A stretch of DNA of 57,760 nucleotides, filler included, from Sphacelaria rigidula (Eukaryota), in assembly GCA_964200075.2 (NCBI GenBank). It is 4 parts of 4 records of this genome, joined end to end, with 100 filler letters (N's around TTAATTAATTAA, not from the genome) between each part and the next. Parts side by side here need not be neighbours in the genome. Positions count along the whole stretch, not along the records: positions 1 to 14,366 come from CAXNAA020002288.1; positions 14,467 to 28,832 come from CAXNAA020002289.1; 2 more parts are not named here. One strand, given 5' to 3'. Positions 12,912 through 26,658 of this stretch are shown here, piece by piece (the first letter of the stretch is position 1; the number at the start of each line of letters is the position of its first letter). The translations under genes were made by a program, and so were the position numbers. Under the pieces are notes generated by a model. The model had not been told where the DNA came from. It did no database searches and was given only the letters and a program-made list of their open reading frames with translations.

Positions 12912-13250
12912 TGTTATTATGACCTACATATGACCCGACCCGCGTACTAGTAACCCCGGGCTAGTCGATCCAGACCGTCTTGCCGGGCCTGTCACCCTGG
13001 GACTGTCATCCTCCAATCTCCAGTCTGGGATCGTCATTCTCCCCGTCTTGGGGGCTCCTCGTCGGAGCCCCCTACTCAGGCTCTGTATGTTCCAATCCAA
13101 GCCCTGCCTTGCGAAGTCCTTCCCGTTCAAGTACACGCCTCGGCTCCGCACACTCCGTACCCTTTCACCACCGAGTGAAAAGGTACAACCTACACCCACC
13201 CACCGTCCAGGTTAGATACGTCACACCCGCTGTCCGCGACTGTGTCTTAT
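12912..13250 (+). repeat. 3' LTR
   Basis: 339 bp, preceded by the polypurine tract, matches 7184-7520. Confidence 0.85.
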
Positions 13251-13334
13251 GTAAAATTTGTAAAAAGGGAGAAAACCTGAAACGTCCCAGGTCTTCTATT
13301 TTCGTAGTCATCATCGATTTCTGATGAAAAATGA

Positions 13335-13630
13335 GTGATTAGGGGGCATCACTCAACGTGCGTCATCGAGTACCTTCATCGTCACCGATGAGCACCAAAC
13401 TTTGGGAGATTACTGTCCAAGCGTATTTCCATGTGTTGAAAAAAACAAAACGTTTTCGTTGAGTACGGCATTGCCAAACACAGGATTCATGGCAAAAATT
13501 GTTCCGAACATTAGGGGATGGGCGATTTTCATCCCCGCACTAAATTGTTCTCGTTGTGCTTTCTGCAAAACGGACTATACTAATCTCATGAACATTTGTA
13601 CCAAAGGAGAAAGGTCTGAAACGTTTTTGG
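13335..13630 (+). repeat. Second unit of the repeat that hosts the LTR element (first unit 6920-7183 plus 13251-13290)
   Basis: gggggcatcactcaacgt...ttgccaaacacag...attttcatccccgca...ctaatctcat is shared with 6930-7180. Confidence 0.75.
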
Positions 13631-16600
13631 TCGCAAGAAATCAACTATTGCGAGAGGCGTACCTTAATTGAAACAGAGGGTATTCTGGCTGCATTTTTCA
13701 CGTCGATAGACCCACACTTCACTGCTACTCCTGCAACTTGGTGTGGTTATTTTTCAACGTTGAAACGATTGGGTGATAGAGGGCTAAATTGTCTCTCTCC
13801 AGATACTCTTGGAATTGTTCTACGTGCCGTGGTTCCCACGAACCAGAGTTTTTCTCGTCAGGTGCCGTGAACGTACCTTAATTGGGACATCTACCTCTAG
13901 GACCTTAGCAGAAGGAATACTCGTTCGATACACTTGATACGGTACAGCGAACGGAAATCAAGCATACACACACGCACACACGCACACATGTACGCACCTC
14001 TAAAGCCATAGATATAGCTCGGAGCGCCCCAAGTGACACCCATTCCTCCGCGTGTGCTCCTTTCAGACCTCCTTCTGCAGCGCAGAGCACACTGTCGTAA
14101 TCCACATCGTGGTACATGTTCAGGGGGGGGGCGGGGGCAGGGGGTGAGGAGTGTACTCATGATCTTGTATGCCATAGCCATATGACCACTGACCTCGCAC
14201 ACCTACAAGGCCGGGACGGAGTACGCCGAGTTTTCGCCGGACCAGGCGAGCAGTCAATCACCAGTTCACCAATTTGTCAAGGGGGGGGGGGGGGGGGGGG
14301 TGGAAAGAAAAAAAGGAGGGTAAAAAAAGAAAAAAAAAAAGTGGGCAAACTGTTTGTTGGCTGCAANNNNNNNNNNNNNNNNNNNNNNNNNNNNNNNNNN
14401 NNNNNNNNNNTTAATTAATTAANNNNNNNNNNNNNNNNNNNNNNNNNNNNNNNNNNNNNNNNNNNNCGAAAGGGATGCGTGGTCAATGGTCAAACGACTA
14501 AGGCAAGCAACAAATGAGTACGCCCCCATCCCCCCTCCCAATCGGCCCCAAATGGAAAAAAGTGAGTGTGGGTCCAGGGACATGTTTGTCTCTCGCCCTT
14601 GGCCAACAAGGCATTTTTTCCCACGCTTTATTTTGCAGCGCACTGAAAAGGCATACGACCTATATTTTATCCTTTCGACTTGCGTCACCCCCGGGAGGCC
14701 CGTACCAACCTCCCGAAGGGGAACCTTGTATAATATACATATTACCCCTGTCATAGGTCGCCGACTCCCAGTGTGTACTACATCTTGTGATAATGATCCT
14801 TTTCGCGTAGCTTTATATGACATGCTTATTTCGCAACGAAAATCATGCTTCCTCTTGCGTCGGTGCATGCCGAGCTGTCAATATACCCATCGCCGGCGGA
14901 AAAATGCATGTTACGGCAGGTTGTCCGGGGGCAAACTCGTGTCTAACACGCACTAGCACGAACCTCCCCATCTTGACGGTTTGAATGCATATACTGCTGC
15001 AGCAGTACCCCTAGCGAGGGTTCAAACAGAAAGATATAATTAATACCAGAATTTCTTTTGGTTTTACGCACTTTGAACCCCTCTCTTTCCTGGGGACGAG
15101 TCTGTCGTCTCAAGGGATCAACTCATCTCTCCCTGGTAATATGCTGTCGATATGACGTGTCGACATGCAGTACGAACGCTCACTGACCCGAGTAGGGTGT
15201 ATACTATTCACGACAAATCCCCGACAAAATTCAAGTCCGTACTGCAGAAGATATTATCTGCTGATTTCGCTGTCTGAGCTGAACATCATCGCGTAGTGTA
15301 TGATATTTTTATGAAAAAGCCCCATTGCCAAGCAAGAATACATCGACCGAGTCTTTTTCACCTTACTCGGCTGCAGACCAGTAGCGCGTTCTGAACTACA
15401 TCTGTCTCAAATTGGTTTCAGTCACTGAAGTCCAGCGGTCGACTTTCGACTACATAGTGAAAAACCTCGTATACCATCCGAATCATTGTGCTGCACTCTG
15501 CGTGCTTTTCGCAGTGATGGGCGAGCCCCACCAACATGTGCATACGCCGTGACTACTGTACATACCGACCTGCGATAATTCTGCTACAATACGGCACGGT
15601 GCACATATAGCACAACACAACACTCTTCAAAAGGTAACTTCCGCACGTTTCGATGTAACCCCGGTAGCACTTCCATGCGCTCTCATCTTTAGAAGGTGAT
15701 GAGGTACATCGGATACGCCTGCCAGTCCCGGTATGTCACCTGCGCCCGTTAACAGCCACCAACAGTCAGAAATCGCCGCCGTGAGTGTGTGTGTGCGCGC
15801 GCGCGTCCTTCCTTGTCTTGACTGTTGAGGTAGGTTTCTCGCAAATGATATGTTGCTTCGAATTCAATATACCAACGAAGCTACCACATTACGAGACAGT
15901 GTTCACAACCGTTTACTCTCCCCGCCATTGTAACATTCGTGAGTGTTAATTTCCAGCTGAATAGACCGCTTCGGTAACTCGTGTTGCTTCCTGAGCACGA
16001 TGACTTCTCCTGGTTCTGTGTGGAGAGGAAACGACATCACAAACTGTCCAGTGAGCTATATGTGAACACTCCCGAAACTTGTGGTAATTCATGAAACGGA
16101 TTTAGAAAATATCTCCAGTACATGCTGGCTCTCGCGCCTACCAACCTAACACACATCCACGAAACTTCACGCCGTTTTTTGGAGTTAGACCCTGAAATTT
16201 TGCTCAATTTTGTCAAGGTTCATTGCTTATTTTTCAAAGATCAAGTTTCATTTTCAAAAAAACGTTGGGACTTTTGCTACCGTTTATCGGGGATCCCGGG
16301 GTTCTGAGGGGAAATTTAGATCCGGTCGGACCCCCGAAAAAAGACGGAGAAAAGTAAAAGATTAGAAAAACCTTCATGCATCGAAATTTGCGTAATGTCT
16401 CATACCACATTTGTGCAAACTTTCAGGGTCTTGAGTCCTGCAATCGGCGTGAAGATTTGCGCGTTTTTGCGACGACGTGAGCTCGAAACGTGCAAACTCC
16501 TCAATACTTGGTTTTAGTATGAAAACGTCTTTTCCCGGTGGGTTAAGGCGAGAATGTGTATTATGGGGTTCCCGAGTGTCTCGGCCAAACTTTGCACATA

Positions 16601-18608
16601 TGTTCCTTGGACCACCCTGGGAAGCATCATTCTTTTTCTTTTCTTTTGAGGCATCCTGCACCGTCTTCCATGGGTATGCATACTGGGACCCCCGGAAGTC
16701 GATAGTACACAACGGAAATACTTTGAAAACATTGTAAAAAACGAGTTTTTTTCATTTGGAGCATCAATGCCTACGGATCTGCCAACTTTGAGGGTGATCT
16801 CAGCTTTTTCACGACACGTGAAAGGGAAACCGTCGCGAGGCTCCTTCGGTCTTGCGTGTGAATAATCAGTGGAAATTAGACGGCGCCAGAACCCCACATC
16901 ACCGAAACACTACGGTTTCGGGTATTTTCCGATCCCGTGAAATCGGTTCTCAAAAATTATTTTCCCGCTAGGTTCCCGAGCTGATGGCGGTTTCTACGAC
17001 TTGAAGCACGTGGAGATTGAGTGAAAACTCAGCGTGGATTTCGCATTTTCGATTTCAGAACAATTTGGAGGGCGCTAATTGGTCTAAGTACATTCTGAAT
17101 CTTCTTGGCGCCGCCACCATGACCTTATAGACCACAAATCCGGCTATGTCACGCTCTTCAGCTGTTCATGGCGATCAGTATGATATCATGTATGCGATTA
17201 TTGGGTGCGCACTGCGAAAGACATTTATTTGTTGATGACACAATTTTGGGTGATGAGGTGAACCAGCCTTCAAGTCTGTCATAGCTGCACATGACAAAGT
17301 TGATGGAGCACACGCGTACATGTCCTCCGCTACCACCACGCAGCACATCGAATGACTGGGATATTCGACGCCTATCCCAGTAACACGTCAACACTCACAA
17401 TTATCCCCGGGTTGTCGCCACCGTTGCTTGTGGAGTCGTGGGTACCAGCGGCACCGCCCGGAAGGGCGGGAGGAGTCATCATGTTCGACTTGCCTACCGC
17501 GTGCGAGCCCACTAGAACAGCAGCTAATATCATCTGCATCGGGCAAGGTTTTCGGAGGGTGCGGAATCCCGGGTAGCCGAATAAGACGCAACGGCCTTGT
17601 TTCGTTACGAAAAAATAACGCCGGAAGCACGCGTAGGATTCAGTGTGGAGCCGGAGAGAGTGAGTCGGGGAGCTGAATGTGCCTGATCACGACGGAGCAA
17701 ACGTGTTGTATAATAGCGTACCTCATTGGCGCCGGGCATGTATTGTTCGGCATGTCCCGCATCTCTGGCGAAGTAGCAGCCATGTCCGAAAGACTGCACC
17801 ACGTGCACGATTGCAGACCATGTTCGAAAGCAAAGAATGACAGGACAATAGCTGTGACATGTGTGATGGACGGTTCGGACGCCAATAGTTCGAGGATATG
17901 GCAGGGGGTAGCGAAAAACCATTCCTGGACACATCGGCCCCAGGATCGAAGAACTGAGTTTTTGACGGCGGGGGGGGCATGTGGGAGGGGGGGCACCCAG
18001 TCGTGTGTACCCTGCTTCATTCTCGAAGCGTTGGCGGATGCGTTCAGCTGCCGTGGACAGTAGAGATCCTTATATATGTTGTATATATGTACATGTATCA
18101 TTCAATATTTTTCACCACTTTTGCCGAGTTTTCCTTAGTGGCAAGGCATCTTATCACGCGCTCTCTTTTGCAGTGCACGAAGAAGGCGCAGCGGTACATT
18201 ACCTTTCAGGTTTGGCTATCATCTGATACCTGTGGCGCGTGTTCTGGCCATCGAAAGTCGCCCACACTGGCTCTTTTTCGCGGAGTGTCGATCCTGAACC
18301 ACAAAAGCCTCATCACGTTTATGGAATACTTCAAGCTGCAGGATGCTTTTCGTCGGGTTATTCTCCCCCTGTGTATCTCTTTGTCGTTTTGGGAGCACGA
18401 ATACACCGGTTATGCCGCCAATGTCACGAGGACATGAGAGCAATGCACTTGGAAACAATTGAACATTGCCTTCAGTGCCTTCATTGCCTTAGTCAGCAGC
18501 AAACACAAGACCGTGCAATGAGCCGTTGATGAGTTGAGCAAGGCACACACATGGGCAAACGTCCCCACGGTGGGTCACCTGTCTGTGTAGGACAGCAGCG
18601 AAGGGGGG

Positions 18609-18819
18609 TGTCATGCGTGAGAGGACCGCGTGCTAAGAGGACCGCATCAGAATTTAACCATCTCCATGGTTAGAGTTAGGGTAAGGGTTAGTTTTGGGGT
18701 TGGAGTCAAGAGCGTGACCCCTGCAGGGACCGGCCCGATTGGTTTTGAAAAAAGTCGATACTGAGGTGTTTTGGATAACGATGTGGTCGTCTCAGCACGC
18801 GGCCCTCTCATGCATTCCA
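18609..18819. mobile_element. TGT...ACA MITE with telomere-like core, diverged copy
   Basis: TIR tgtcatgcgtgagaggaccgcgtg / cacgcggccctctcatgcattcca, flanked by GGGG on both sides. Confidence 0.8.
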
Positions 18820-19675
18820 GGGGGTGCCGAAATCCCTGTGATCATGCAATCCGTGGCAGAGAGCCCCCTTACAGGATGCCAAACCCGTGAAGAAGAGCTC
18901 CCTCACAGGGTGCACCTGTGAAATACAGGCGCAGCAGGGATGTCCTTGTGACAGAAATGACAGGTTTATCCTTGTGACAGGGATAACAAGGAGAATAATA
19001 GTAGGATGCGCTTCATGCATTTTTCGACGACTTAGTACCGTATTTTCAGTACAAGTCAAGCATTACTTTGCTTGTGGATTTCCCCGCCGTGTCTGAAACA
19101 AGTCAGCCTGAAACTTGGCACAGAGGTAGACCACAATACCGACAGCATATTTCCGGATCGGCGGCACGTTTCACGTGATGCGCCAGACGCACGAAGCGAA
19201 TTCGAATTGTGGGCAATGCCATCGATACGCCCTCAATACGTAGTCCCCTCGGCCTAGACTGCGTGAGACGTCCGTGAGTGCACATTATGTGGACACGCAC
19301 ATGAACTCACTTCCACATCATGACCTGCTGGGTGGCTCCTGCCTCCGCAAACGAGCACCGATCTGTAATGGGCACACTCTGGATTATGTAACTTTACGCA
19401 GTGCCTATCTTGGTATCGCCTGTAGAGGTACTAACTTCAGGAGGCATGGTCTGCAGGCGCTGTCAGTGCGTTTACGCGCAATGTATATTATGTACATGTA
19501 TATTTTATCTTTTGTTGTTATCGCTGTTCCCTTTCTTCTTTCCTTTCCGAGGCCGTTGCTTCTGTCCTTTTCTGCTCCTTTTCTTATTTTCTCTTATATT
19601 GTTACGTTCTTTGTTTTGCTGCTCCTGACCACGGGCTGGATTGTTGCAATCAGCTAATGTGAGATAATCGTCATT

Positions 19676-20160
19676 TGTCATGAAGGAGCACATTAGTCTA
19701 GCATATTAGCTGATTGCAACAATGAGTCTAGACAGTTATTGGTTCAGGGTACCTCGAAGACTGCAGGTCTGTTCAGAGTTGGTCAATACGAGTATGAACG
19801 GGTATAAAGCGAGGGGGTGCCTATCTGTCACCCCCCCCCCCCCCCCCATCGTTCGGCACTACTACTTGCCACCCAAGCTCTCTGCAAGGAAGCTAAGCAT
19901 CGGTGAGATTATTGAGTGAACGTGAGAGATTGAACGTGAGAGGTTGGATAAGCAGAAACTTGCGACCAAGCATTTGACGAAGAGATATACTAAACCTATA
20001 CGTGAGATCAAAATAATATCTTGGACACATCAAGAAGAGTCACACAGCCTCGTGCACTCTGCTGATTGCTCCAGCCCGTTGTCGGGCTCTTGTCGTGTCT
20101 ACTGACTGAGTATTGCATAGCGACTCGTGTTCCTCATACACGCGGCCTAACCTCTTGACA
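19676..20160 (+). repeat. Putative 5' LTR
   Basis: TG...CA ends with short terminal inverted repeat (TGTCA/TGACA), TATAAA near 19804, immediately followed by a TGG primer-binding site. No partner LTR in the window. Confidence 0.6.
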
Positions 20161-20950
20161 TTGGCGTTCGACTAAGGAATAATATCCCTTGCGGCTGTGT
20201 TTCCCCTTTTTACAACGGGGTGGTCTCTGTGTTTATCGAATCGCATCACGTTCCCGAAGCTGTCTTTGGTTGCATTTACAGGTACCGACGTTCCCTCTTT
20301 TTGTTCTTGGATTTTCGTTTGTAGTAGTCAAACCTATTTGTAGCTCCCCCGGAGCTAGTTGCCTCCGCTTGCTTCATAGTCAGTTCGTAGCTACTGCATA
20401 AGCTTTTTCTCCGTGTGTGTACCGTACATAGTACCTGTGCCTTGCAGCTTTTTGCGGCTAGCAGCAGACTGCTGCAGCAGTCGTTTACACGACTTGTGCA
20501 TATATTTTGGTACGCATCTGCACTTTCCTGCTTCCCCTATATCTGCACGGGCACCCTTCCGCTGTTTGTTCATATAAAACGGCTACGCGCCCCTGCTTTT
20601 CTGGCGCGCGTCTTTAGCTTTGTCGCCCCGCCCCTTTTCTCTTTTAGCGAGGCCAAACCCTCTGCCACAGGTCGTGGTAAGAAATGCTGCACCAAGTGCA
20701 TCGCTGCTCATAGCCAGCTGGTGTATTTGACCTGGACTCAGCCCCCGCCTCTTTTGTTCACCGGTTGTTTGCGTAAAACACCCGTGCGAAAGCCGTCCGG
20801 TGCCCACGAACATCTCTACAACGGACGCGTATCCGTTTTGGCATCTTGCCCACTTTCTGATACCCGTCATTATTGCTATAGTTCTGCTGCCCCTTTTTAG
20901 TGTCCTCGCACCTCATTGCGCAACACCGTCCTCGTAGAAGCGCTGCTCAC

Positions 20951-21650
20951 GTACAGACACTATTTTTCCGTCTCTACCACCACAGGTATTATGGTACAGA
21001 TAGTCGCCCGCCATTGTTTCTATCTGTTTGACACCCCGCCGGGGCACAACATTTGATTGCGTGCAGAAAATATTTTTCTGTCTTCACCGGCACAGGTCTT
21101 TTAGAGTACCGACAGTAGGTTGCCCTCGTTTCTGCCTGTTCGACGTTACGCCCTGGCACAACACTGATTGAGTACAGACACCATTTTTCCGTCTCTACCA
21201 CCACAGGTATTATGGTACAGATAGTCGCCCGCCATTGTTTCTACCTGTTTGACACCGCGCCGCGGTACAATATTTGATTGCGTGCAGAAAATATTTTTCT
21301 GTCTTCACCGGCACAGGTCTTTCAGAGTACCGACAGTAGGTTGCCCTCGTTTTGACCTGTTCGACGTTACGCCGTGGCACAACACTGATTGAGTACAGAC
21401 ACCATTTTTCCGTCTCTACCGCCACCAGTAGTTTGGTACAGATAGTCGGACGCCATTGTTTCTATCTGTTTGACACCGCGCCGGGGCACAGCATTTGACT
21501 GCGTGCAGAAAATATTTTTCTGTCTTCACCGGCACAGGTCTTTCAGCGTAACGACAATAGGTTGCCCTCGTTTTGACCTGTTCGAAGTTCCGCCATAGTA
21601 CAGCATCGACTGAGTACAGATATGAACGTTTTCTGTCTTTTCCGGCACCA
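20951..21650 (+). repeat. Tandem array, ~221-bp unit, just over three copies, in the retrotransposon 5' leader
   Basis: gtacagaca..atttttccgtctctacc recurs at ~20951, 21172 and 21393; the minus-strand ORFs 20989-21204 and 21210-21425 are near-identical and offset by 221. Confidence 0.9.
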
Positions 21651-21822
21651 CATTGCCTGGGCGCAGAAATTACAGGTCCTTCGTAGTACAGGTAACAGGC
21701 TGCCCTTGCCCCTACCTGCTTGCCATTGCGCACCTTGCGTACATCGGGCCAAATCGTCTTATTACTGTTCTACACTTGTCGGACCATAAGTTTGATTTTT
21801 CTGTACTCCTCCGTCCCCCAGA

Positions 21823-24800
21823 ATGTCGCAACCCATTAGCCCCGTTTCCTCCCCGGGGTCGAGCGACAAACGGTTCCACCGTACACGCAGTCAAACTTTG
21901 AATCGTCTCCGCCACAGTGGGAAGGATGATACTCCACAATCCGCTCTTCAGCAGCATCTGAAGAGCAACGCGCCACCTACGGGCCTTGATGACCAGCAGC
22001 CTACAAGTACGAGCAGGCCTCACGACGTAACATCTCGTGACGGCTCTACAGCGGTTTCGACTGCAACTCCCATAACCCACGAGTTAACATCCCGTGACGT
22101 TCCGATACGGTTCCACGATGTACCATCCCGTGACGATTCGATGCCGTCTGGTGCCGATGCGCCCCCCTTGCTGAGGCATGCTCCCACGGATGCCGTTTTA
22201 GGATCCGTGGCTCAGGAGACACCTTCAGTTGAGCCTCGGAAGCGGTTTCGGCAACAGCGTCCAGTTCGGAAACGAAGCGATCCGCTTCCTGAGCTCGAAA
22301 CCCGTCTACGGGTGCTGCTCGTGTTGGTAGCCCTCAAACGGCGGCATCTGAGAGTCCAACGCGCCACACCCCGCCATCTGGTCTCGGCACCATGATTGAG
22401 GCCCTCTTCAGAACTCTGTCAAGTCTCCACCTGGCTCCTCTGACGATCCGGGTGCACAACGTTTCTCAGCGCTCAAAACTTTCTACGGTGATACGCCACA
22501 GCCTCAGGCGTGCCCCTCTTATGCGCAGGTCACCCGCGGCGCTCGCAGTACCGCGACTACTGCAGCTCGCACTGATACCGCTTTGATCCCTACGCGAACT
22601 GTGCAGTCTCCGCGAGGAAGCCGAGATGGAAATCACTCTCGTCTATCCTCCGCTCCCTACGGACGACGAGCCCGTGCCCTAGAACATTCTACGTCATAAA
22701 TCTGTCAGTGACAGCCACTCCCATGGGGGCAACACAGGCCACGGCCACCGCTCTTCGCGTGGCTCTAGACAATCATCCGGCCACAGTCACACAAGTAGTC
22801 GCGCTCCGTCTACCCGATGTTTGCAACATCGACAATCCTCACGCCATAATGACACCGTGCATGTGAAAGATGTCAGATATATTTTCTCCAATTCATCATC
22901 GGACCCAGCTTCCTCGACTAAGAAAGCTAGTGACAATTCCTTTCATGCACCCCGGCGTCATCGAACACGAGCTCGATATAACCACGATGTCCCATCCGGC
23001 GCCGCTGTCGATGCCGTCACTACCCGTACGCTCCAACAGCAGGTCTCGGACTTACAACACTCCCTTCTACAGATCATGTCGGCCAAACAGACATCAGTTA
23101 CACATTCGGCGGCAACGACCCCTACTTCGGCTTCTCCTTCCGCCGCCAAGCGCGCCACTACGGCATCCTCGGCCGCCTGAAAGGCTGCCCCTCTGGTGTC
23201 GACCGCCCCTGCCGCCGCCACAACCGCTGTCTCTTTTGAGACCGCCGTGCCTGCGGCAGCACTCACGAGCGCTCGCGGCGGCCAGACCGCGACGCCCTCC
23301 ACGGCCAACGGTCCCCCGCAGCCGCGACTTCCGGCGGAGTTTTGCCCCACGGGGTACCCCCAGTGCCTCTTTCTCGCGCATGATAAAGTCCGGCAAGACG
23401 AGATCATCGCTCGGTATGGAGCTGCCCCCCCGGGGCCAGCCATGCCGAACCAGCCGGCGGTCACTCCGGCGCAGACCCCGCCTCCCGCGGCCGAAGATAG
23501 TGCCGACGAAACTGCAATCCGCCTTCTTCGGGAGGAATACGCCACAAAACAAGCAAATTTGCAGCGGAACTCCACTACCGCCGCACCAGCACACTCCGCC
23601 ACCCTCCGGGCCCAGGCAGAACATCAATCGGTAGTGGCCGACAGGAAGCGGAAGGCTGCCGAACTCGCGGCCCACATAGACCGTACTGCGGAGCACGCCA
23701 TGTCGGCGAAAAATCTACTTTCGGCACATCAGGCTTCGCGCACACGCGCCACGTCGCTTTACCCTTCTCCGCCCGCACAGCGGACCACCGTTGACACCAC
23801 GCCATCAGGCTCAAGATCTTCGCCACCTGCCGGGTATCACATCCCCCGCAAACAAGATACCGGCTTCCCCGATGCCGCCCCTGCAGCCACCCCCGACCTT
23901 TCTCTCGCTCCCCACGAGGCCACCTGGCTAGTGCATACGGTTCGCGACTCCTCTGGAAAGGTTTCCATCAAGAACCCCCTGCAGAGCTCATGGACTGCCT
24001 GGGATGACATCCACTACAGCGCTCTGGTCGCGTTAGATTCATACATCGACAAGGGCGCGCCACTCCCGTTTAAGGACCCCCATGACCTCACGTTCGCCCA
24101 GCTGGTGGCCCATGCCACCACGAGTCCCAACAGCGGCGCCGGCGTATACAAGAGTGCGGCCCATAACCATTTACAGGCTTTCCAGAACGCCGTTTAGCCC
24201 GGCACTTCTGCGGACGACGACCACGACGATGACGATGATGGATGGACTTCGGTCACCGCCAACTGTCGCCCGCCTAGAGGCAACAACGATCATGATGATC
24301 GTCAGGGCGGCGGACGAGGCGGCCGCCGTGACGGCTCCGGGTCCAGCGGCGGGAGACTTCGAGGCGTCAACAGCCGGCGGGCCAACCGTGCTGCTCAGCA
24401 CGCAAATTGGCTCGTCGAACAGTTCTTCTCGAAGGCCTCGAAACAGAGATGAGTCGTCAACGGACCCTCCTCCTGTGGAGTCCATCGACGTTAGGCACGA
24501 CACCCCTCGTTCAGCTGATGTTTCCCGCGATACGTAAGGTTTGTCTGACACGGATGATAAAGTTCGGCCTTAATCTTCAACCTCTGCCCGCGCTTTAGCT
24601 GCCGCCGCTGTTAGCCAAGCACAGACTACAAAACGTGAGGCTGCAGCAGCTGCCGAAGTTGAAGCTGCTCGCGTTGCTGCCATACAGAGAGAGTACATAC
24701 AGATGGATGTCAAGAAACTATGGCATATTAACACCATGCCTGCGGCAGACAACGAGGACTCTGGACAGTTTACGTCGGGTCTTATTCAATCCATCCGCCG

Positions 24801-26052
24801 TACTGCAGGCAACATTCTGCAATTAGCGGATCGCACGGGTGTACAGCCGTTCGAAAGTTCCGTTTGGGTTGATGGTTGGCAGACCCCGCTTCACAAAGCC
24901 TTACATCGCGTCATCTCTCGCCGCTCGCCTGATCGTGCTTCTTCACTGACGCAGATCATCGATGGATTCATCACAGCGATGGATTCGGACCGTGCCTCGG
25001 GGCGACCTGGCCCCACAATACTCAGTAATCTGGAGCAGCGCTTGACCGATTACTTTGATCGGAGCACACAGGGTAGCTCCATACAACGTTTAAGCTCGTT
25101 TGGTGTAGCCACCAACGTTAGTTTCGCCGACTACCTTCGGCAGTTTAGGTTGTTGGTTTCCAGCACCTTAGGAACTGGCCGCCAGAGCGGGCCTTCCGAT
25201 TCTATGTATCAGTCATATGTCCGTACGAGCGTCTCCAAGCAGTTTCCGGCATTGATGCCGTCGTTGTTTCCGGGTGCCTTAGCACATTGCGAGGTGCTTT
25301 ACGCCTCTGTTGATGCGATGTGGACGGCTTTCGTCCACCAAGAAAGCAACCTCACTCCCGCCATTCGGGGTGACAAGCATTCGTCTTCGCGTTCACAGCC
25401 TGCCGCTGTCTCCCCCGCGAACACCTACGGGTCTCGCGGACGGAACCCGAGTTCACCTCGTAGTACATGGACCCCCGACTCTGTCGCCGGTTCAGTAATA
25501 AATGTTAAATAAACAAAGACCATTTCTGCGCGAGTTTCGACGGATGTCCGTACTCTGCCGAGACATGGGACGATGTTTATTTGACTTCTACGACAGCTTT
25601 TGACACAGATGACCCCCATTTGTGGAACCCGCTTCTGTCTTATTCGGCTAGACAAGACGCTTTTGGTTGCCACGCCAACAACTGTATCAATTGCAAAGCA
25701 CAAGGCCACAGCATGCGCAATTGCACCAAATCATGCATCAACGCATTCGACCTCATGAACCCTGCACTACAGGACAATGAACCCCGCGTGGCGCCGCTGG
25801 CAAAAACGGATGCGCGATCATCGTGCTCCGAGTGGTAATAATCGCAACCACTCGAACACCCGCGGCAACAATCGCTCTGACCGCACGCGCCGGCAAAACA
25901 CCAACCACGGTTCCGGAACTCGCCAACAGGATCGTATATCTCGCGCCAATCATTGCTCCGCTGATAGACACCAGCGGACGGGACCGGCACATAGCTCGAA
26001 CCCTAACGCCGGAAACCCTGGTACCTTCACTTCGGATCGCTTAGACCCATGA
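21823..26052 (+). pseudogene. Long gag-like ORF, disrupted, with CCHC zinc knuckle
   Basis: Successive plus-strand ORF fragments (21823-22395, 23196-24197, 24703-25512, 25581-25838, 25777-26052); CINCKAQGHSMRNC matches CX2CX4HX4C at ~25683-25724. Confidence 0.7.
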
Positions 26053-26658
26053 CGCAACAACGCCGGCGTTTTCAAGTCTTCGGCGCCGCCGACAGCACTT
26101 TCGAAGCTTTTTTCAACACTGCCCGCGGAGTCCGTGACTCAGATTGTTCACCTGACTCCACCGGCACTACACAGGAGTGCAACTGATGGCCGTCCAACTC
26201 GACCCCCGTCTTCGACCTCCACACACTTTGCAACACAGGCCGCAGAGCCCGCGACTAAGAGTGTCCGCCCGGCTCCTCCGGCAATATACAGGAGCGCAAC
26301 TGACGGCCGTTTATTTCGACCCCCGTCTCCACCCCTTCGCACACCGCGTAACAGTTGTGTCAATCCGTGACTCATACCTAAACCCGGCCCTGACTTTGGT
26401 CCTTCAGTACCGAGTGTAAGTCTGAGGTGTGGGAAGACCAACCGCCAGTCTCTGAGGCAACGGCTTCCCTCAGCGATCCCACGCACAGGTAGTCACAAGC
26501 TTTTTTCAGCTGACCCCAGGGTTGCTGATTTGAATTTGACCACATCGGATCATGTCGTCCTTCATCAGCTGGGTCGAGCTCCTTCCTCGCGATTTTCAAC
26601 CCGCGCAGAACTACCTTAGGCAAGTTTAAATAACTACCGCCCCAGAATACCTTCGGCC

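Larger units (their letters stand above)
7184..13250 (+). mobile_element. Ty3/Gypsy LTR retrotransposon (chromovirus-like), degenerate and internally rearranged
   Basis: Paired LTRs 7184-7520 and 12912-13250 (TGTTAT...GTGTCTTAT), PBS-like TGGCGTCGATGG at 7523, PPT GGGGGAGGGTA at 12901-12911, near-TSD ATAAA/GTAAA. The repeat interrupted at 7183 resumes after 13250. Confidence 0.85.

Noticed and set aside
14367-14466. N-run with central TTAATTAATTAA (also 28833-28932 and 43297-43396)
   Set aside because: Identical all-frame-stop linker inside N padding: a scaffolding artefact, not biological.
17150-18600. Many overlapping Cys/His-rich ORFs, possibly a decayed transposase
   Set aside because: No diagnostic motif or consistent frame could be identified by eye; needs tBLASTn/HMM search.
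20951-21650. Regular repeats considered as a CRISPR-like array
   Set aside because: Whole 221-bp units are duplicated with no unique spacers, and they lie inside an LTR-element leader in eukaryotic DNA.
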